From the NCBI GenBank assembly GCA_003213495.1, contig QCMW01000002.1, positions 4,303 to 68,302 on the forward strand: a DNA stretch of 64,000 nt, written 5' to 3'. Position numbers and translations under genes: made by a program. Source of the DNA: SAR86 cluster bacterium AG-422-O05. Its GTDB lineage: Bacteria > Pseudomonadota > Gammaproteobacteria > Magnimaribacterales > D2472. Of this stretch, positions 17,151 to 27,823 are shown one piece after another (positions within the stretch are counted from its first letter, which is position 1; each line of letters starts with the position of its first letter). The notes under the pieces were generated by a model that saw only the letters and a list, made by a program, of their open reading frames with translations, was not told the DNA's origin and did no database searches.

Positions 17151-17726
17151 ATGAGCAACAATTCAAATGATATTGATTCCGTTTTAATAGATAAAGCAAA
17201 AAATGGCAACGAAGGAGCATTCAAAATTTTAGTAAATAAGTATTATCCAAGGGTATATGCCTCATTATTTTCTTTTACTAAATCTAAAGAGGATTCTGAG
17301 GATTTAGCACAACATACTTTTATAAAGGTATGGCAACAGCTAGATACCTTTAGGGGCGATAGTGCATTTTTTACATGGGTTTATAGGATTGCTATAAATT
17401 TAGCTAAAAATTTTGTTGTAAGTTCAAATTTTAAGAAACAAAGATCAAATATTCCTATGGAGGACTTAAATATAGATTTCAGTTCTTTTGATAGCGTTGA
17501 AGAAGTTATCATTCATGATGAATCAATGGATAAAATTTCAAATTTTGTAAATACTCTACCTGAATCATTAAAAACTGCTTTTACACTGAGAGAATCTGAA
17601 GGAAAAAGTTATGAAGAAATTAGTGTAATCACAAACACGCCAATCGGAACTGTTAGGTCTCGTATTTTTAGAGCAAGAGAGTCAATAATAGAGTATATGA
17701 AAAAGGAGCTTATTAATCATGAATGA
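17151..17726 (+). CDS. rpoE: RNA polymerase sigma-E (ECF) factor
   Basis: The start is trimmed from TTG 17124 to ATG 17151 (GGAG upstream). Region 2 is FFTWVYRIAINLAKN. Region 4 is SYEEISVITNTPIGTVRSRIFRARE. Confidence 0.9.
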   Translation: MSNNSNDIDSVLIDKAKNGNEGAFKILVNKYYPRVYASLFSFTKSKEDSEDLAQHTFIKVWQQLDTFRGDSAFFTWVYRIAINLAKNFVVSSNFKKQRSNIPMEDLNIDFSSFDSVEEVIIHDESMDKISNFVNTLPESLKTAFTLRESEGKSYEEISVITNTPIGTVRSRIFRARESIIEYMKKELINHE

Positions 17727-18411
17727 TATAAAAGAAAAAATATCTGCTTTTTATGATGGAGAGTTAAATCTCAGCTCCAAGGAGATAGATGAATTAATTA
17801 CTTTTATAAATGAGAACCCGATATTATTAGAACAAATATCAATGATGGCATTAACAACTGCCATCAAAGATAACGAAGATTCAAATTTAATTTCAATAAC
17901 CTCAAATAAAAAAAATTCGAATATTTCTTATAAAAGTTTCTGGTTGTCTAATTCAATTACAGCAGCAGCAACAATTTTATTAACATTGACGGTTGTAACT
18001 AATTTTGATTTTTCAAGGATGAACGTCAGTATTGATTCATCAAATAAGATTAGCTCAGCAATAAATTCTAAAGAAGCCAAAATAATTGCTGAACGTTCAG
18101 AAGAACAATTAACAGATTACGTAATGAAAATTGTTAATGAGCCAGGGTTTATGGCTGGAAATGAAATAGTGGATCTAAGAAATGTTGGCTATCAATATAA
18201 CCCCTCAAATGGCTCAAATTACTTTAAAGACAAAGAAAATTTTCAATTACGAATTGAAAAAAGGAACTTTGGTCTGAATAAAGTTCGATATTGGCGGCAT
18301 GGTAATAAGATGATTTATTTAGTTCCATTGTCTGATGGAAGAGTCCTCACACTTTATGGTAATATCACCCTTAATTCGGCTATTTCTATAGCTCAATCAT
18401 TAAATAATTAA
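17719..18411 (+). CDS. anti-sigma-E factor, RseA/MucA-like
   Basis: 230 aa. It overlaps the rpoE stop by 8 nt. The N-terminus has ISAFYDGELN (RseA: LSALMDGE). There is a single TM (ITAAATILLTLTVVTNF) and a periplasmic domain of about 135 aa. Confidence 0.6.
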   Translation: MNDIKEKISAFYDGELNLSSKEIDELITFINENPILLEQISMMALTTAIKDNEDSNLISITSNKKNSNISYKSFWLSNSITAAATILLTLTVVTNFDFSRMNVSIDSSNKISSAINSKEAKIIAERSEEQLTDYVMKIVNEPGFMAGNEIVDLRNVGYQYNPSNGSNYFKDKENFQLRIEKRNFGLNKVRYWRHGNKMIYLVPLSDGRVLTLYGNITLNSAISIAQSLNN

Positions 18412-18421
18412 TTAATATAAT

Positions 18422-19828
18422 ATGCATACACATTTTTATAAAAAACTTGCCCTTATTTTTATATTTGCAGTAGGAATCAAACTTTCCGCTGCTCTGCCTG
18501 GAAACATATCAATTCTCGTTGATAAATCAGCACCTGCTGTTGTTAATATAACTGCTAAGAAAGACGTATCACAGGGACAATCTTATAGTCTAAGGGGACT
18601 GCCTATACCTGACGAAATGTTGGAAAGATTTGGCATACCTAGAGAATTCAGAGATATTCCTCAACAAAAAAGAGAAGCTGTGTCTTATGGTTCTGGGTTT
18701 ATTTTAAAAGATAATTACATTATGACTAACTTTCATGTTGTTGAAGATGCTGGTGAAGTTATAGTTTCATTATCAGACAGAAGAGAATTTAAAGCTGAAA
18801 TCATTGGTGTTGATAGATTGTCTGATTTAGCTGTTTTAAAGGTCAGTGGAGATAATTTGCCAACTGTTAAAGTCGGTGATAGCGATGATTTAAATGTAGG
18901 AGATTGGGTTGTTGCCATTGGATCACCATTTAGTTTTGATTTTTCGGTAACTGCAGGAATTGTTAGTGCTAAGGGTAGAAGCATTCAAAACCAAAATATT
19001 GGTAATTATGTGCCATTTCTTCAGACAGATGTAGCAATAAATCCTGGAAACTCTGGTGGCCCATTGTTTAATCTTTCTGGACAAGTTGTTGGTATTAACT
19101 CTCAAATATATTCAAGAAGTGGAGGTTATCAAGGATTAGCATTTGCAATACCAATAAATGTTGCTGTTGATGTTGCCGATCAAATAATTACAAACGGTAA
19201 AGTTTCAAGGGGTTATCTTGGTGTTAGAATGAGTGAGGTAGATAGTGACCTTGCTGAAGCTCTTGGAATGAAAAAGCCATATGGCGCTCTTATAAATGAT
19301 ATCGAAGATGGAGAGTCTGCAGATAATGCAGGCTTGCTTCCGGGAGACGTTATAATTGAGTTCGATAAAAAAGAAATTAAATTTAGCTCTGACTTACCTC
19401 ATGTTGTCGGTCAGATTAGACCTAATAGTACAGCAAAAGGAAAAATAATAAGGGATGGCAAACAAATAGAGCTTTTATTTGTATTAGGTGAATTACCATC
19501 AAATGAGGAAGAGTTTATTCCTGCAAAATCACAGTCATCTACTGAACCATTAGGTCTTAAAGTTGCAGACATTGACAGAGATAATCCGTCTATGTCAAAT
19601 ATTCCCGATGGCGTAATTGTCTCTAGAGTAAATTCATACTCACCAGCATCCGGTGAGTTATTTAGAGGTGATGTTATTACAATGATTCAACACAAAGGTA
19701 AAAAACATGAAGTAACTAGTGTAGAGTCATTTAACAGTGCAATTGATATGTTTTCATCTGGCGATAAGATTGCTATTCATCTGATTAGAAGTGGAAATAG
19801 ATTAATACGCTCCATTACATTAAATTAG
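18422..19828 (+). CDS. degP: DegP/MucD-family periplasmic serine endoprotease with two PDZ domains
   Basis: Signal peptide is present. The catalytic triad context is TNFHVV, DLAVLKV, GNSGGPL. Confidence 0.9.
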   Translation: MHTHFYKKLALIFIFAVGIKLSAALPGNISILVDKSAPAVVNITAKKDVSQGQSYSLRGLPIPDEMLERFGIPREFRDIPQQKREAVSYGSGFILKDNYIMTNFHVVEDAGEVIVSLSDRREFKAEIIGVDRLSDLAVLKVSGDNLPTVKVGDSDDLNVGDWVVAIGSPFSFDFSVTAGIVSAKGRSIQNQNIGNYVPFLQTDVAINPGNSGGPLFNLSGQVVGINSQIYSRSGGYQGLAFAIPINVAVDVADQIITNGKVSRGYLGVRMSEVDSDLAEALGMKKPYGALINDIEDGESADNAGLLPGDVIIEFDKKEIKFSSDLPHVVGQIRPNSTAKGKIIRDGKQIELLFVLGELPSNEEEFIPAKSQSSTEPLGLKVADIDRDNPSMSNIPDGVIVSRVNSYSPASGELFRGDVITMIQHKGKKHEVTSVESFNSAIDMFSSGDKIAIHLIRSGNRLIRSITLN

Positions 19829-19882
19829 TTAAAATTATATTTGTTATTTTTTTATAGTTTGCTTGTAAAATAGCTTCAGCTT

Positions 19883-21670
19883 ATGAAAAAAATAAGGAAT
19901 TTCTCTATTATTGCTCACATAGATCATGGTAAATCTACTTTATCTGATAGATTGATAGAATATTGTGGTGGACTCTCATCAAGAGAAATGGCAGACCAAA
20001 TTCTTGATTCAATGGATATTGAAAGGGAGAGAGGCATAACAATAAAAGCTCAAGCAGTTTCATTAAATTACCAAAAAGATGGCGAGGAATATCTTTTAAA
20101 TTTCATTGATACTCCTGGTCATGTTGACTTTTCCTACGAAGTATCAAGATCCCTTTCAGCATGCGAAGGAGCTCTGTTAGTTGTAGATGGTTCCCAAGGT
20201 GTTGAGGCACAAACTCTTGCAAATTGTTACACAGCTGTAGAACAAGGACTAGAGGTTTTACCGGTTATAAATAAAATTGATTTACCACAAGCTGAGCCTG
20301 ATAGGGTAAAAAATGAAGTTGAGGAAATGGTAGGAATTAATGCATCTGATGCACCACTAGTAAGCGCAAAGACTGGAGAGGGTATAAAAACTCTTCTAAA
20401 CAAGCTTGTAACAGATATACCACCACCTATTGGAGATAAAAATAAAAAACTGCAGGCATTGATAATCGATTCATGGTTTGATTCTTACTTAGGTGTTGTA
20501 TCGCTCATTAGAATAAAGAATGGTTCAATCAAAAAAGGTCAAAAATTTAAAATTTTTTCAAATGGGCAATCACATATTGTTGATGATATTGGCATATTTT
20601 CGCCAAAGAAGATCTCACAGCAAGAACTCTCATCTGGAGAGGTTGGCTATCTTGTAGCTGGAATTAAAGATATAAAAGGTGCTCCAGTTGGAGACACAAT
20701 CATAGATTTCAATGATGATATTACAAAACCACTTTCTGGATTTAAAAAAGTAAATCCTAAAGTTTTTGCGTCTTTATTTACTTTAAATTCTGATGACTAC
20801 GAAAAATTTAGAGATGCGCTTTCAAAATTAGTTTTGAATGATTCTTCATTAGTTTATGAGCCCGAAGTATCAGATGCTTTAGGATTTGGTTTTAGGTGCG
20901 GTTTTTTAGGGACTCTTCATATGGAGGTCGTAAGAGAAAGGCTAGAAAGAGAATATGATTTAGATCTTATCTCGACTGCACCTTCTGTGGAATATGAAGT
21001 GCTAAAAACAGATGGAGAAATTTTAAAATGTGACAACCCATCTCAACTTCCTCTTCCAAATGAAATTGATGAGATTAGAGAGCCCATTGTCAGTGTGACA
21101 ATTATTTCACCTAATGATTATGTTGGAAATATTATTACGCTTTGCACTTCTAAAAGAGGAACGCAAAAAGACATGAAGTATTTTGGAAACCAAGTTTCAA
21201 TCACTTTTGATATGCCGCTTTCATCAGTAATCATTGATTTTTTTGATCAAATAAAGTCTTCAACAAAAGGCTTTGCATCTATTGAATACTCATTAATTGG
21301 CTTTCAAAAGTCTGATTTAACTAAAATAGATGTATTAATAAATAACAATAAGGTTGATGCTCTTTCAATGATAGTTCATAAATCTTTTTCTGTATCAAAA
21401 GCTAGAGAGATTGCAAAAAATTTACAAAAATTAATACCACGTCAAATGTTTGACGTACCAATTCAAGTGGCATTAGGTGCTAAAATTATCTCTAGGGAAA
21501 CGGTTAAAGCTTTCAGAAAAAATGTTACTGCTAAGCTTTATGGCGGTGATGTTACTAGAAAAATGAAGTTATTAGAAAAACAAAAGCAAGGAAAGAAAAA
21601 AATGAAACAAATTGGTAAGGTTTCTATTCCTCAAGATGCTTTCTTAAAATATTTTAGTTCAGAGAAATAA
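19883..21670 (+). CDS. lepA: translation elongation factor 4
   Basis: 595 aa. G1 motif is [10 protein letters not shown], with DTPGH and NKID also present. Confidence 0.97.
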   Translation: MKKIRNFSIIAHIDHGKSTLSDRLIEYCGGLSSREMADQILDSMDIERERGITIKAQAVSLNYQKDGEEYLLNFIDTPGHVDFSYEVSRSLSACEGALLVVDGSQGVEAQTLANCYTAVEQGLEVLPVINKIDLPQAEPDRVKNEVEEMVGINASDAPLVSAKTGEGIKTLLNKLVTDIPPPIGDKNKKLQALIIDSWFDSYLGVVSLIRIKNGSIKKGQKFKIFSNGQSHIVDDIGIFSPKKISQQELSSGEVGYLVAGIKDIKGAPVGDTIIDFNDDITKPLSGFKKVNPKVFASLFTLNSDDYEKFRDALSKLVLNDSSLVYEPEVSDALGFGFRCGFLGTLHMEVVRERLEREYDLDLISTAPSVEYEVLKTDGEILKCDNPSQLPLPNEIDEIREPIVSVTIISPNDYVGNIITLCTSKRGTQKDMKYFGNQVSITFDMPLSSVIIDFFDQIKSSTKGFASIEYSLIGFQKSDLTKIDVLINNNKVDALSMIVHKSFSVSKAREIAKNLQKLIPRQMFDVPIQVALGAKIISRETVKAFRKNVTAKLYGGDVTRKMKLLEKQKQGKKKMKQIGKVSIPQDAFLKYFSSEK

Positions 21671-22618
21671 ATGATTACAGATCCATTATTCATTTTAGGT
21701 TTTATAGGTATGACCATATGTCTTTTCGCGTGGATTAAATTTAATTTAGTCTCTCATCAGACTGAGCCGTTAGTATTAAAGTACATTTCATTTATAAGCT
21801 CAATTTCAGGATTAGCAATTTTAATGAGTATTTTTTACAACTCAGGCGATCTTGGAATTGTTTTACTATTTGGGTCTATAGTTTCATTTTTGATTATGAT
21901 TTTTGGATATTATCTTAAAAATGATGAGATTGCCAAAACCTCAAGAGGTTATTTTTTACCAATTTTTATAATTTTTATTTTAAGAACATTTTTATATGAA
22001 CCCTATCAAATTCCTTCTGGATCAATGGAGCCTCAGTTAAAAAAAGGAGATTTCCTATTAGTGAATAAATTTGCTTATGGTTTAAAAGTCAACAGAATAG
22101 GCACTCCAAGTTTTTTTAAATCTGATCCCCAGTATGGAGATGCTGTTGTTATCATTCCGCCTCATAATCCTGTGCCATATATTAAACGCTTGATTGGTAA
22201 GCCTGGTGACACCATTAGGATCATCAATAAACAAATTTACGTCAATGGCAGAGCCTTAGAAAGAGAGTTTTTTGAGACTGAACAAATAATTATCAAGAAG
22301 CGCTTCATATATAGTAGTGGCGAGACAGTCGAAAGAGAGTTAGATGTGGAAGGTGATTTATATTTTGAAAAGCATGAAAAGGCCGAATATCTTATTAGGC
22401 TAACAAGAGGCGAGAATAATCAATACCCTCAAGAATGGACTGTTCCTGAAAATCATTATTTTGTAATGGGTGACAATAGGGATAACTCAAATGATAGCAC
22501 TAAGGATGTAGGATTCGTTCCAAGAGAGAATTTCTTTGGTAGAGCTGATTATATATGGATGACATGGGAGTGTTGGACATGTTTGCCATCCTTTGAAAAA
22601 GTTGGTCGAATTAATTAA
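21671..22618 (+). CDS. lepB: signal peptidase I
   Basis: N-terminal TM segments are present. Boxes SGSMEPQL, YIKRLIG and GDNRDNSNDS are present. Confidence 0.93.
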   Translation: MITDPLFILGFIGMTICLFAWIKFNLVSHQTEPLVLKYISFISSISGLAILMSIFYNSGDLGIVLLFGSIVSFLIMIFGYYLKNDEIAKTSRGYFLPIFIIFILRTFLYEPYQIPSGSMEPQLKKGDFLLVNKFAYGLKVNRIGTPSFFKSDPQYGDAVVIIPPHNPVPYIKRLIGKPGDTIRIINKQIYVNGRALEREFFETEQIIIKKRFIYSSGETVERELDVEGDLYFEKHEKAEYLIRLTRGENNQYPQEWTVPENHYFVMGDNRDNSNDSTKDVGFVPRENFFGRADYIWMTWECWTCLPSFEKVGRIN

Positions 22619-23277
22619 TGAGTTTAAAAAAATTAGAATCTCAAATCTGCTATGAATATAAAGATATTAATTTACTTGAGCTAGCACTTGTTCATAAAAG
22701 CTCCAATAATAAAAATAATAACGAAAGACTGGAGTTTCTAGGCGATTCAATTCTTAATTTAGTCATTTCAGATTATTTATATTCTAATTTTACTCATGTA
22801 AATGAAGGATTACTTACTCGAATGAGGTCATTTATAGTTAAGGGTGATACTCTTGCAAAAAAAGCATCTGAATTAGGGTTATTAAATTTTATCAAGCTTT
22901 CAAAAGGAACTGCCAATCTTTCTGATCAAAGAAAACATTCTATTCTTGAAGGGTCTATCGAATCTATTATTGGCTCTGTCTACCTAGATGGTGGATGGAC
23001 GAAAGTAAATAGATTTGTATTAAATTTATTTAAAAAAGAGTTATCGAATATTAAATCTGATCAAGAATTTAGAGACTCTAAAACAGAACTTCAAGAGCTT
23101 TTACAATCAAAAAAGATGAATATTCCTAATTATGTCACTTATGAATCAAAAAATGGTTTTAATTGCGAAATTGTTATTAATTCACATAAGTTTATAGCCA
23201 ACGGGGCCTCAAAAAGAATTGCAGAAATAGCGACTGCAAAAAAAGCTCTTATGCATCTAAAGTCTGATAATGGATAA
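22618..23277 (+). CDS. rnc: ribonuclease III
   Basis: Signature ERLEFLGDSILN is present, with a C-terminal dsRBD. Confidence 0.95.
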   Translation: MSLKKLESQICYEYKDINLLELALVHKSSNNKNNNERLEFLGDSILNLVISDYLYSNFTHVNEGLLTRMRSFIVKGDTLAKKASELGLLNFIKLSKGTANLSDQRKHSILEGSIESIIGSVYLDGGWTKVNRFVLNLFKKELSNIKSDQEFRDSKTELQELLQSKKMNIPNYVTYESKNGFNCEIVINSHKFIANGASKRIAEIATAKKALMHLKSDNG

Positions 23278-24178
23278 TCAATATTGTGGCTATGTATCTA
23301 TCATTGGTAAACCTAATGTAGGAAAGTCAACTATCATTAACTCAATACTTAATAAAAAAGTTTCAATTACCTCAAGAAAATCTCAAACAACCAGAAATAA
23401 TATCATTGGATTTAAGACACAATGCAACAAACAAATGATATTAATTGATACACCAGGCATGCATATCAAGTCTCAAAAAACAATGAACAAAATACTAAAT
23501 AAATCTGCACAAAGCATAATAGAAGATTCAGATATTATTTTGTTTGTAACACAACGACTTTCTCTTGATAAGGAGGATGAGCTAATTATTGAAAAAATAA
23601 AAGAAACTGATCAGAAAGTAATTTGTGTTATTAATAAAATTGATCAAATAGAAAATAAAAATAAATTACTTCCTTTTATTGAAAAACTTTCATCTTTTAA
23701 AGTTTTTCATGAGATATTACCTATTTCTGCAAAAACAAAAGATGGGATAAACCAGCTTGAAAGCATAATAATGAACAATTTGCCTGAGAATATGCATATT
23801 TACTCTCAAGATGATTTTATAATTCAAGATGACAGTGAGTTTATGATTTCAGAACTCATTAGAGAAAAAATTATTAGAAAGCTAGGTGATGAATTACCTC
23901 ATGATATCTTTGTCGAAATTAATATATTTGATAAAAAAGATAATGTAACTGAGATTCATGCAACCATTTTTGTTAATAGAAAGTCCCAAAAGCAAATTGT
24001 TATTGGTGCAAAAGGAGAAGTTTTAAAACATATAGGAACAGAAGCCCGAATTGAAATAGAAAAATATCTTGATAGCAAAGTTTTTTTAAAAACATGGGTT
24101 AAAGTCAAAAAAAATTGGAATACTGATTCAGGCTTTATTAATAGTCTTGGTGTTGGAAATAAACATGAGTCAAAGTAA
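23270..24178 (+). CDS. era: GTPase Era
   Basis: G1 motif is GKPNVGKST, with DTPG and NKID and a C-terminal KH domain. Confidence 0.95.
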   Translation: MDNQYCGYVSIIGKPNVGKSTIINSILNKKVSITSRKSQTTRNNIIGFKTQCNKQMILIDTPGMHIKSQKTMNKILNKSAQSIIEDSDIILFVTQRLSLDKEDELIIEKIKETDQKVICVINKIDQIENKNKLLPFIEKLSSFKVFHEILPISAKTKDGINQLESIIMNNLPENMHIYSQDDFIIQDDSEFMISELIREKIIRKLGDELPHDIFVEINIFDKKDNVTEIHATIFVNRKSQKQIVIGAKGEVLKHIGTEARIEIEKYLDSKVFLKTWVKVKKNWNTDSGFINSLGVGNKHESK

Positions 24179-24860
24179 CTCAGACGAATGTTTTTTGCTT
24201 CATCAGCGATCATATGGTGAAACAAGTCTCATAATTGATGTTTTTACAAAGAAAGATGGCAAGATTTCTTTAATTGCAAAGGGCGCTAAAAAACCAAAAT
24301 CTAAATTTTTTGGTTACCTTGTTCCATTTCATAAGTTAAGTATCAATTATTCTGGAAGGTCAGAATTAAAAACACTAACTAATATTGACAGAAATCTCAT
24401 GCATTCAAAAAGCACTTTTAATAAAACAAGCTACAGTCTCTTATATGTTAATGAACTATTAATTAAGCTCCTTCCAAAAAATGCTCAGCAAGAGGATTTA
24501 TTTTTGTTGTATGAAAAGCTCTTAAGTGACATCAACCTAAATGAAAATTTAGAACTAACCTTAAGACGATTTGAATTAGATATGCTTGATACAATGGGTT
24601 ATGGCTTTGATTATGAGTATGATATTAACAATAATGAGCCAATTGATGTTGATTCTTCATATCGCTTTGTTTCAGAAAGAGGTTTTAGGAAATCAAAAAA
24701 TGCAACTTTTTTAGGCAAAGATATTATTAATTTGAAGAATAGAAATCTTAAAGATGTTCCATTAAAAGAACTTAAAGAAATAACAAAAAAAGCTATTACA
24801 TTCTGTTTGGATGGAAATGATTTGGCTAGTAGAAAAATTTTTAAAGCAATGAAAAAATGA
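24165..24860 (+). CDS. recO: DNA repair protein RecO
   Basis: The start is trimmed from TTG 24147 to ATG 24165. ...CFLLHQRSYGETSLIIDVFTKKDGKISLIAKGAKK parallels the RecO N-terminal OB fold. Confidence 0.85.
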   Translation: MSQSNSDECFLLHQRSYGETSLIIDVFTKKDGKISLIAKGAKKPKSKFFGYLVPFHKLSINYSGRSELKTLTNIDRNLMHSKSTFNKTSYSLLYVNELLIKLLPKNAQQEDLFLLYEKLLSDINLNENLELTLRRFELDMLDTMGYGFDYEYDINNNEPIDVDSSYRFVSERGFRKSKNATFLGKDIINLKNRNLKDVPLKELKEITKKAITFCLDGNDLASRKIFKAMKK

Positions 24861-25234
24861 TTTTTGGAATTGGTACAGATATTGTAGAAGTAGAAAGAAT
24901 TAGGAAATTAGACTCTCTAGAAAAATTTGCAGATAAGATATTATCTCTTAATGAATTGGAAGTATTTAAATCTCAAATTGATGAAAAACAAGTAACATTC
25001 CTGGCAAAACAATTTGCTGCAAAAGAGGCTGTTTCAAAAGCATTGGGTACTGGTATTGGTAAGGATATAAGATTTAATCAGATTGAAATATTAAGGAATT
25101 CAGATGGAAAGCCATATCTAAATCATGACGGCATGATTACAACAATTTTTAACGATTTGGGAATCACTAAAACACATGTTAGTCTTTCAGATGAAAAAAA
25201 ATATGCTCTTGCTTTTGTAATACTTGAAATATGA
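24857..25234 (+). CDS. acpS: holo-[acyl-carrier-protein] synthase
   Basis: 125 aa. Motifs GIGTDIVEVERI and FAAKEAVSKALGTG are present. Confidence 0.9.
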   Translation: MIFGIGTDIVEVERIRKLDSLEKFADKILSLNELEVFKSQIDEKQVTFLAKQFAAKEAVSKALGTGIGKDIRFNQIEILRNSDGKPYLNHDGMITTIFNDLGITKTHVSLSDEKKYALAFVILEI

Positions 25235-25875
25235 AAAATATAATTTTACTAGGCCCTCCAGGCGCAGGAAAAGGAACTCAAGCTGATTTAATTTGTGAGT
25301 TATGTCATATTCCTAAGATCAGTACTGGAGATATGCTAAGAGAAGCAGTTGCCTCTGGAAGTGATCTTGGAAATAAGGTTTCTAATATTTTAGATACCGG
25401 CGGTTTAGTGTCTGACGAAATTATAGGCGCTCTAATAAAAGACAGATTATCAAAACCAGATTGTGAGAATGGAGCTTTGTTTGATGGAGTTCCTAGAACA
25501 ATTGGTCAGGCTCAACAACTTAGTCAAATGGGAGTTAACTTTACCCATGTCATTGAAATATTTGTAGAAGACATAGAAATTGTAAATCGAATGTCTGGCA
25601 GAAGAGTGCATCCTGGATCTGGGAGAAATTATCATGTTCTATATAATCCTCCACAAACGGAAGGTGCTGATGATATTACTGGCGAGCCATTAGTACAAAG
25701 AGAGGATGATAAACCTGAAACTGTCCTTAAAAGGCTTGAGGTGTATCACGATCAAACTAAACCTTTAACTGATTTCTACAGATCATTATCTCAAAAGAAT
25801 AGTCTTAAATTCTTTCAAGTAGATGGCTTAGATTCAGTTGAGAAAGTCTTTGAAAATATATCTAAAGAAATATAA
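25231..25875 (+). CDS. adk: adenylate kinase
   Basis: P-loop GPPGAGKGTQ is present. The LID region lacks the Cys4 cluster. Confidence 0.97.
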   Translation: MKNIILLGPPGAGKGTQADLICELCHIPKISTGDMLREAVASGSDLGNKVSNILDTGGLVSDEIIGALIKDRLSKPDCENGALFDGVPRTIGQAQQLSQMGVNFTHVIEIFVEDIEIVNRMSGRRVHPGSGRNYHVLYNPPQTEGADDITGEPLVQREDDKPETVLKRLEVYHDQTKPLTDFYRSLSQKNSLKFFQVDGLDSVEKVFENISKEI

Positions 25876-25878
25876 TTC

Positions 25879-26310
25879 ATGAATATTTTAGGGATGAAGA
25901 GTACTGGAGATCAGACATCAGTTAGCGTGATGTTGAGCGACGAAATCAATTCATTTTTAATTAGTCATGAAAGAAAAGATCGCCCTAATTGGGAGTTTCT
26001 TTTAAGTAATATAGGACACAAAAAAAATTTCAATTTATATGAAATAGATTTATTTGCATTTGCAGATTGTCAAAATTCTTATACCGCTACAAGGCTCATA
26101 GCTTCTTATTTAAAGGGATTAGCAACGGCACTGGGAAAACCTCTAATTGTTGTAAAGGATTTAAATAATAATAATTTTGAAGCTGATTCTGTTGTTAAAA
26201 ATGCAAAGGAAATCTTTCTTAAAAACACAAAAGATAATCAATTATTTGATCCTCAAAATGCTAATCCATCATACTCACAGGATACAAAATTTAAGAAAAT
26301 AAATGAGTGA
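25879..26310 (+). CDS. miniaturised TsaB (YeaZ)-like protein (putative)
   Basis: 143 aa. The N-terminus MNILGMKSTGDQTSVSVM parallels TsaB MRILAIDTATEACSVAL. ...NSYTATRLIASYLKGLATALGKPLIVV parallels [29 protein letters not shown]. The tail ANPSYSQDTKFKK parallels AEPVYLRNNVAWKK. The middle domain is absent. Confidence 0.5.
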   Translation: MNILGMKSTGDQTSVSVMLSDEINSFLISHERKDRPNWEFLLSNIGHKKNFNLYEIDLFAFADCQNSYTATRLIASYLKGLATALGKPLIVVKDLNNNNFEADSVVKNAKEIFLKNTKDNQLFDPQNANPSYSQDTKFKKINE

Positions 26311-27094
26311 CACTTTATTAAGCTTTGTTTTAGGGGTTATTCAAGGCTTAACAGAATTTTTGCCCATATCTAGTTCTGCACATCTTTTATTACCCTCATT
26401 ATTATTTGGTTTTAATGATTTAGGATTGTCTTTTGATATTGCAGCACATGCTGGCACTTTAATAGCTGTAATCTATTATTTCAGAAAAGAGATAGCATTA
26501 ATGTTTAAATCATTTTTTTTAAGTGACGAAAACTTGGTACCTCATAGAAATCTTGCAATTAGCTTAATAGTTGCAACTATACCAATCGTACTTGCAGGAT
26601 TATTTGTGAAAGATTTTATAGAGCAAAGAGTATTTAATGTTGAGCATATTGCCATAGCAAATATTATTTTTGCAGGGACACTTCTTTTTGCTTATTTAAA
26701 GAGAAAAGATATTAAGAATCTTTATTCAGCAACATTATATTCAGCACTATTTGTTGGTGTATTTCAGTCTTTAGCTTTATTGCCAGGAGCTTCAAGATCA
26801 GGCACTGCAATTACCGCAGCCTTATTATTAGGATTCAATTTAAAAGATTCATCCAAGTTTTCTTTTATGTTGGGCATACCAACAATATTTGGGGCTTTGG
26901 TTTTGCTAATCATTGAAATGCAATCTACTTTAGAAGTTTTTAATTATATGAACTTGATAATAGGATTTTTTATTTCAATGATCATAGCTTTTTTAACAAT
27001 CAAACTCTTCTTAAATTTTGTTGAGAGGATTGGAATGATTCCCTTTGTGATTTATAGAATCATTTTAGGCTTTTTTTTGATAATACTTATATAG
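26303..27094 (+). CDS. uppP: undecaprenyl-diphosphate phosphatase
   Basis: Motifs GLTEFLPISSSAHL and PGASRSG are present. It is a polytopic membrane protein. Confidence 0.93.
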   Translation: MSDTLLSFVLGVIQGLTEFLPISSSAHLLLPSLLFGFNDLGLSFDIAAHAGTLIAVIYYFRKEIALMFKSFFLSDENLVPHRNLAISLIVATIPIVLAGLFVKDFIEQRVFNVEHIAIANIIFAGTLLFAYLKRKDIKNLYSATLYSALFVGVFQSLALLPGASRSGTAITAALLLGFNLKDSSKFSFMLGIPTIFGALVLLIIEMQSTLEVFNYMNLIIGFFISMIIAFLTIKLFLNFVERIGMIPFVIYRIILGFFLIILI

Positions 27095-27823
27095 ATGAAG
27101 ATTTTTGTTGATGGAGCATGTATCGATCAATATACAAAAAAAATTGCGAATTATCTAAATTTAGAAATTATAAGGAATGAGCCAGATAGCAACCATCTTC
27201 TATACAATGAAAAAGGACTTTCATATGTAAGCACCTCATCAAAAAATAAATCTATTCTTCATATTAATTTTTTAAAAGGTAGTTTGGGCTGGAGGATTAA
27301 GAGGTCTGAACATGAATCAAGTTTAAAAAAAGCAATTGGTAAACATTCACATCAGCTAACTATCTTTGATGCCACAGCCGGTCAACTCAATGATTCATTG
27401 ATCTTTTTGTCTTTAGGACACAAAGTTGTCGCAGTTGAGCAAAGTAAAATATTATATTTACTAGTTAGTGATGCAATTAAAAGAGCTGGTAAAGAACTCC
27501 CAATTTTAAATAATCTTAAATTTGTAAATGGCAACTCTATAGAGATATTTAAGAAAGATAATAATCAATTTGATTTAATATATTTAGATCCAATGTATCC
27601 AATTGTTAAGAAAAACGTTAAAAGATCAGGAAACTTAAACTGTATTAAGGAGATTTTATCTTTTGAGAATCTCATGAATCATGGAGATAACTTAATTGAA
27701 GATTTTATGAATTTAAAGTGCAAAAAAATTATCCTAAAAAGACCTTTAAAATCTAAAAATAATTATAGTAATATTAATTATCAGATAAAAGGAAAAGCAA
27801 TAAGATACGATGTTTTTTTATGA
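27095..27823 (+). CDS. rsmJ: 16S rRNA (guanine1516-N2)-methyltransferase RsmJ-like
   Basis: DATAGQLNDSLIFLSLGHKVVAVE, YLDPMYP and ILKRP parallel E. coli RsmJ ([31 protein letters not shown], VVKRP). Confidence 0.8.
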   Translation: MKIFVDGACIDQYTKKIANYLNLEIIRNEPDSNHLLYNEKGLSYVSTSSKNKSILHINFLKGSLGWRIKRSEHESSLKKAIGKHSHQLTIFDATAGQLNDSLIFLSLGHKVVAVEQSKILYLLVSDAIKRAGKELPILNNLKFVNGNSIEIFKKDNNQFDLIYLDPMYPIVKKNVKRSGNLNCIKEILSFENLMNHGDNLIEDFMNLKCKKIILKRPLKSKNNYSNINYQIKGKAIRYDVFL

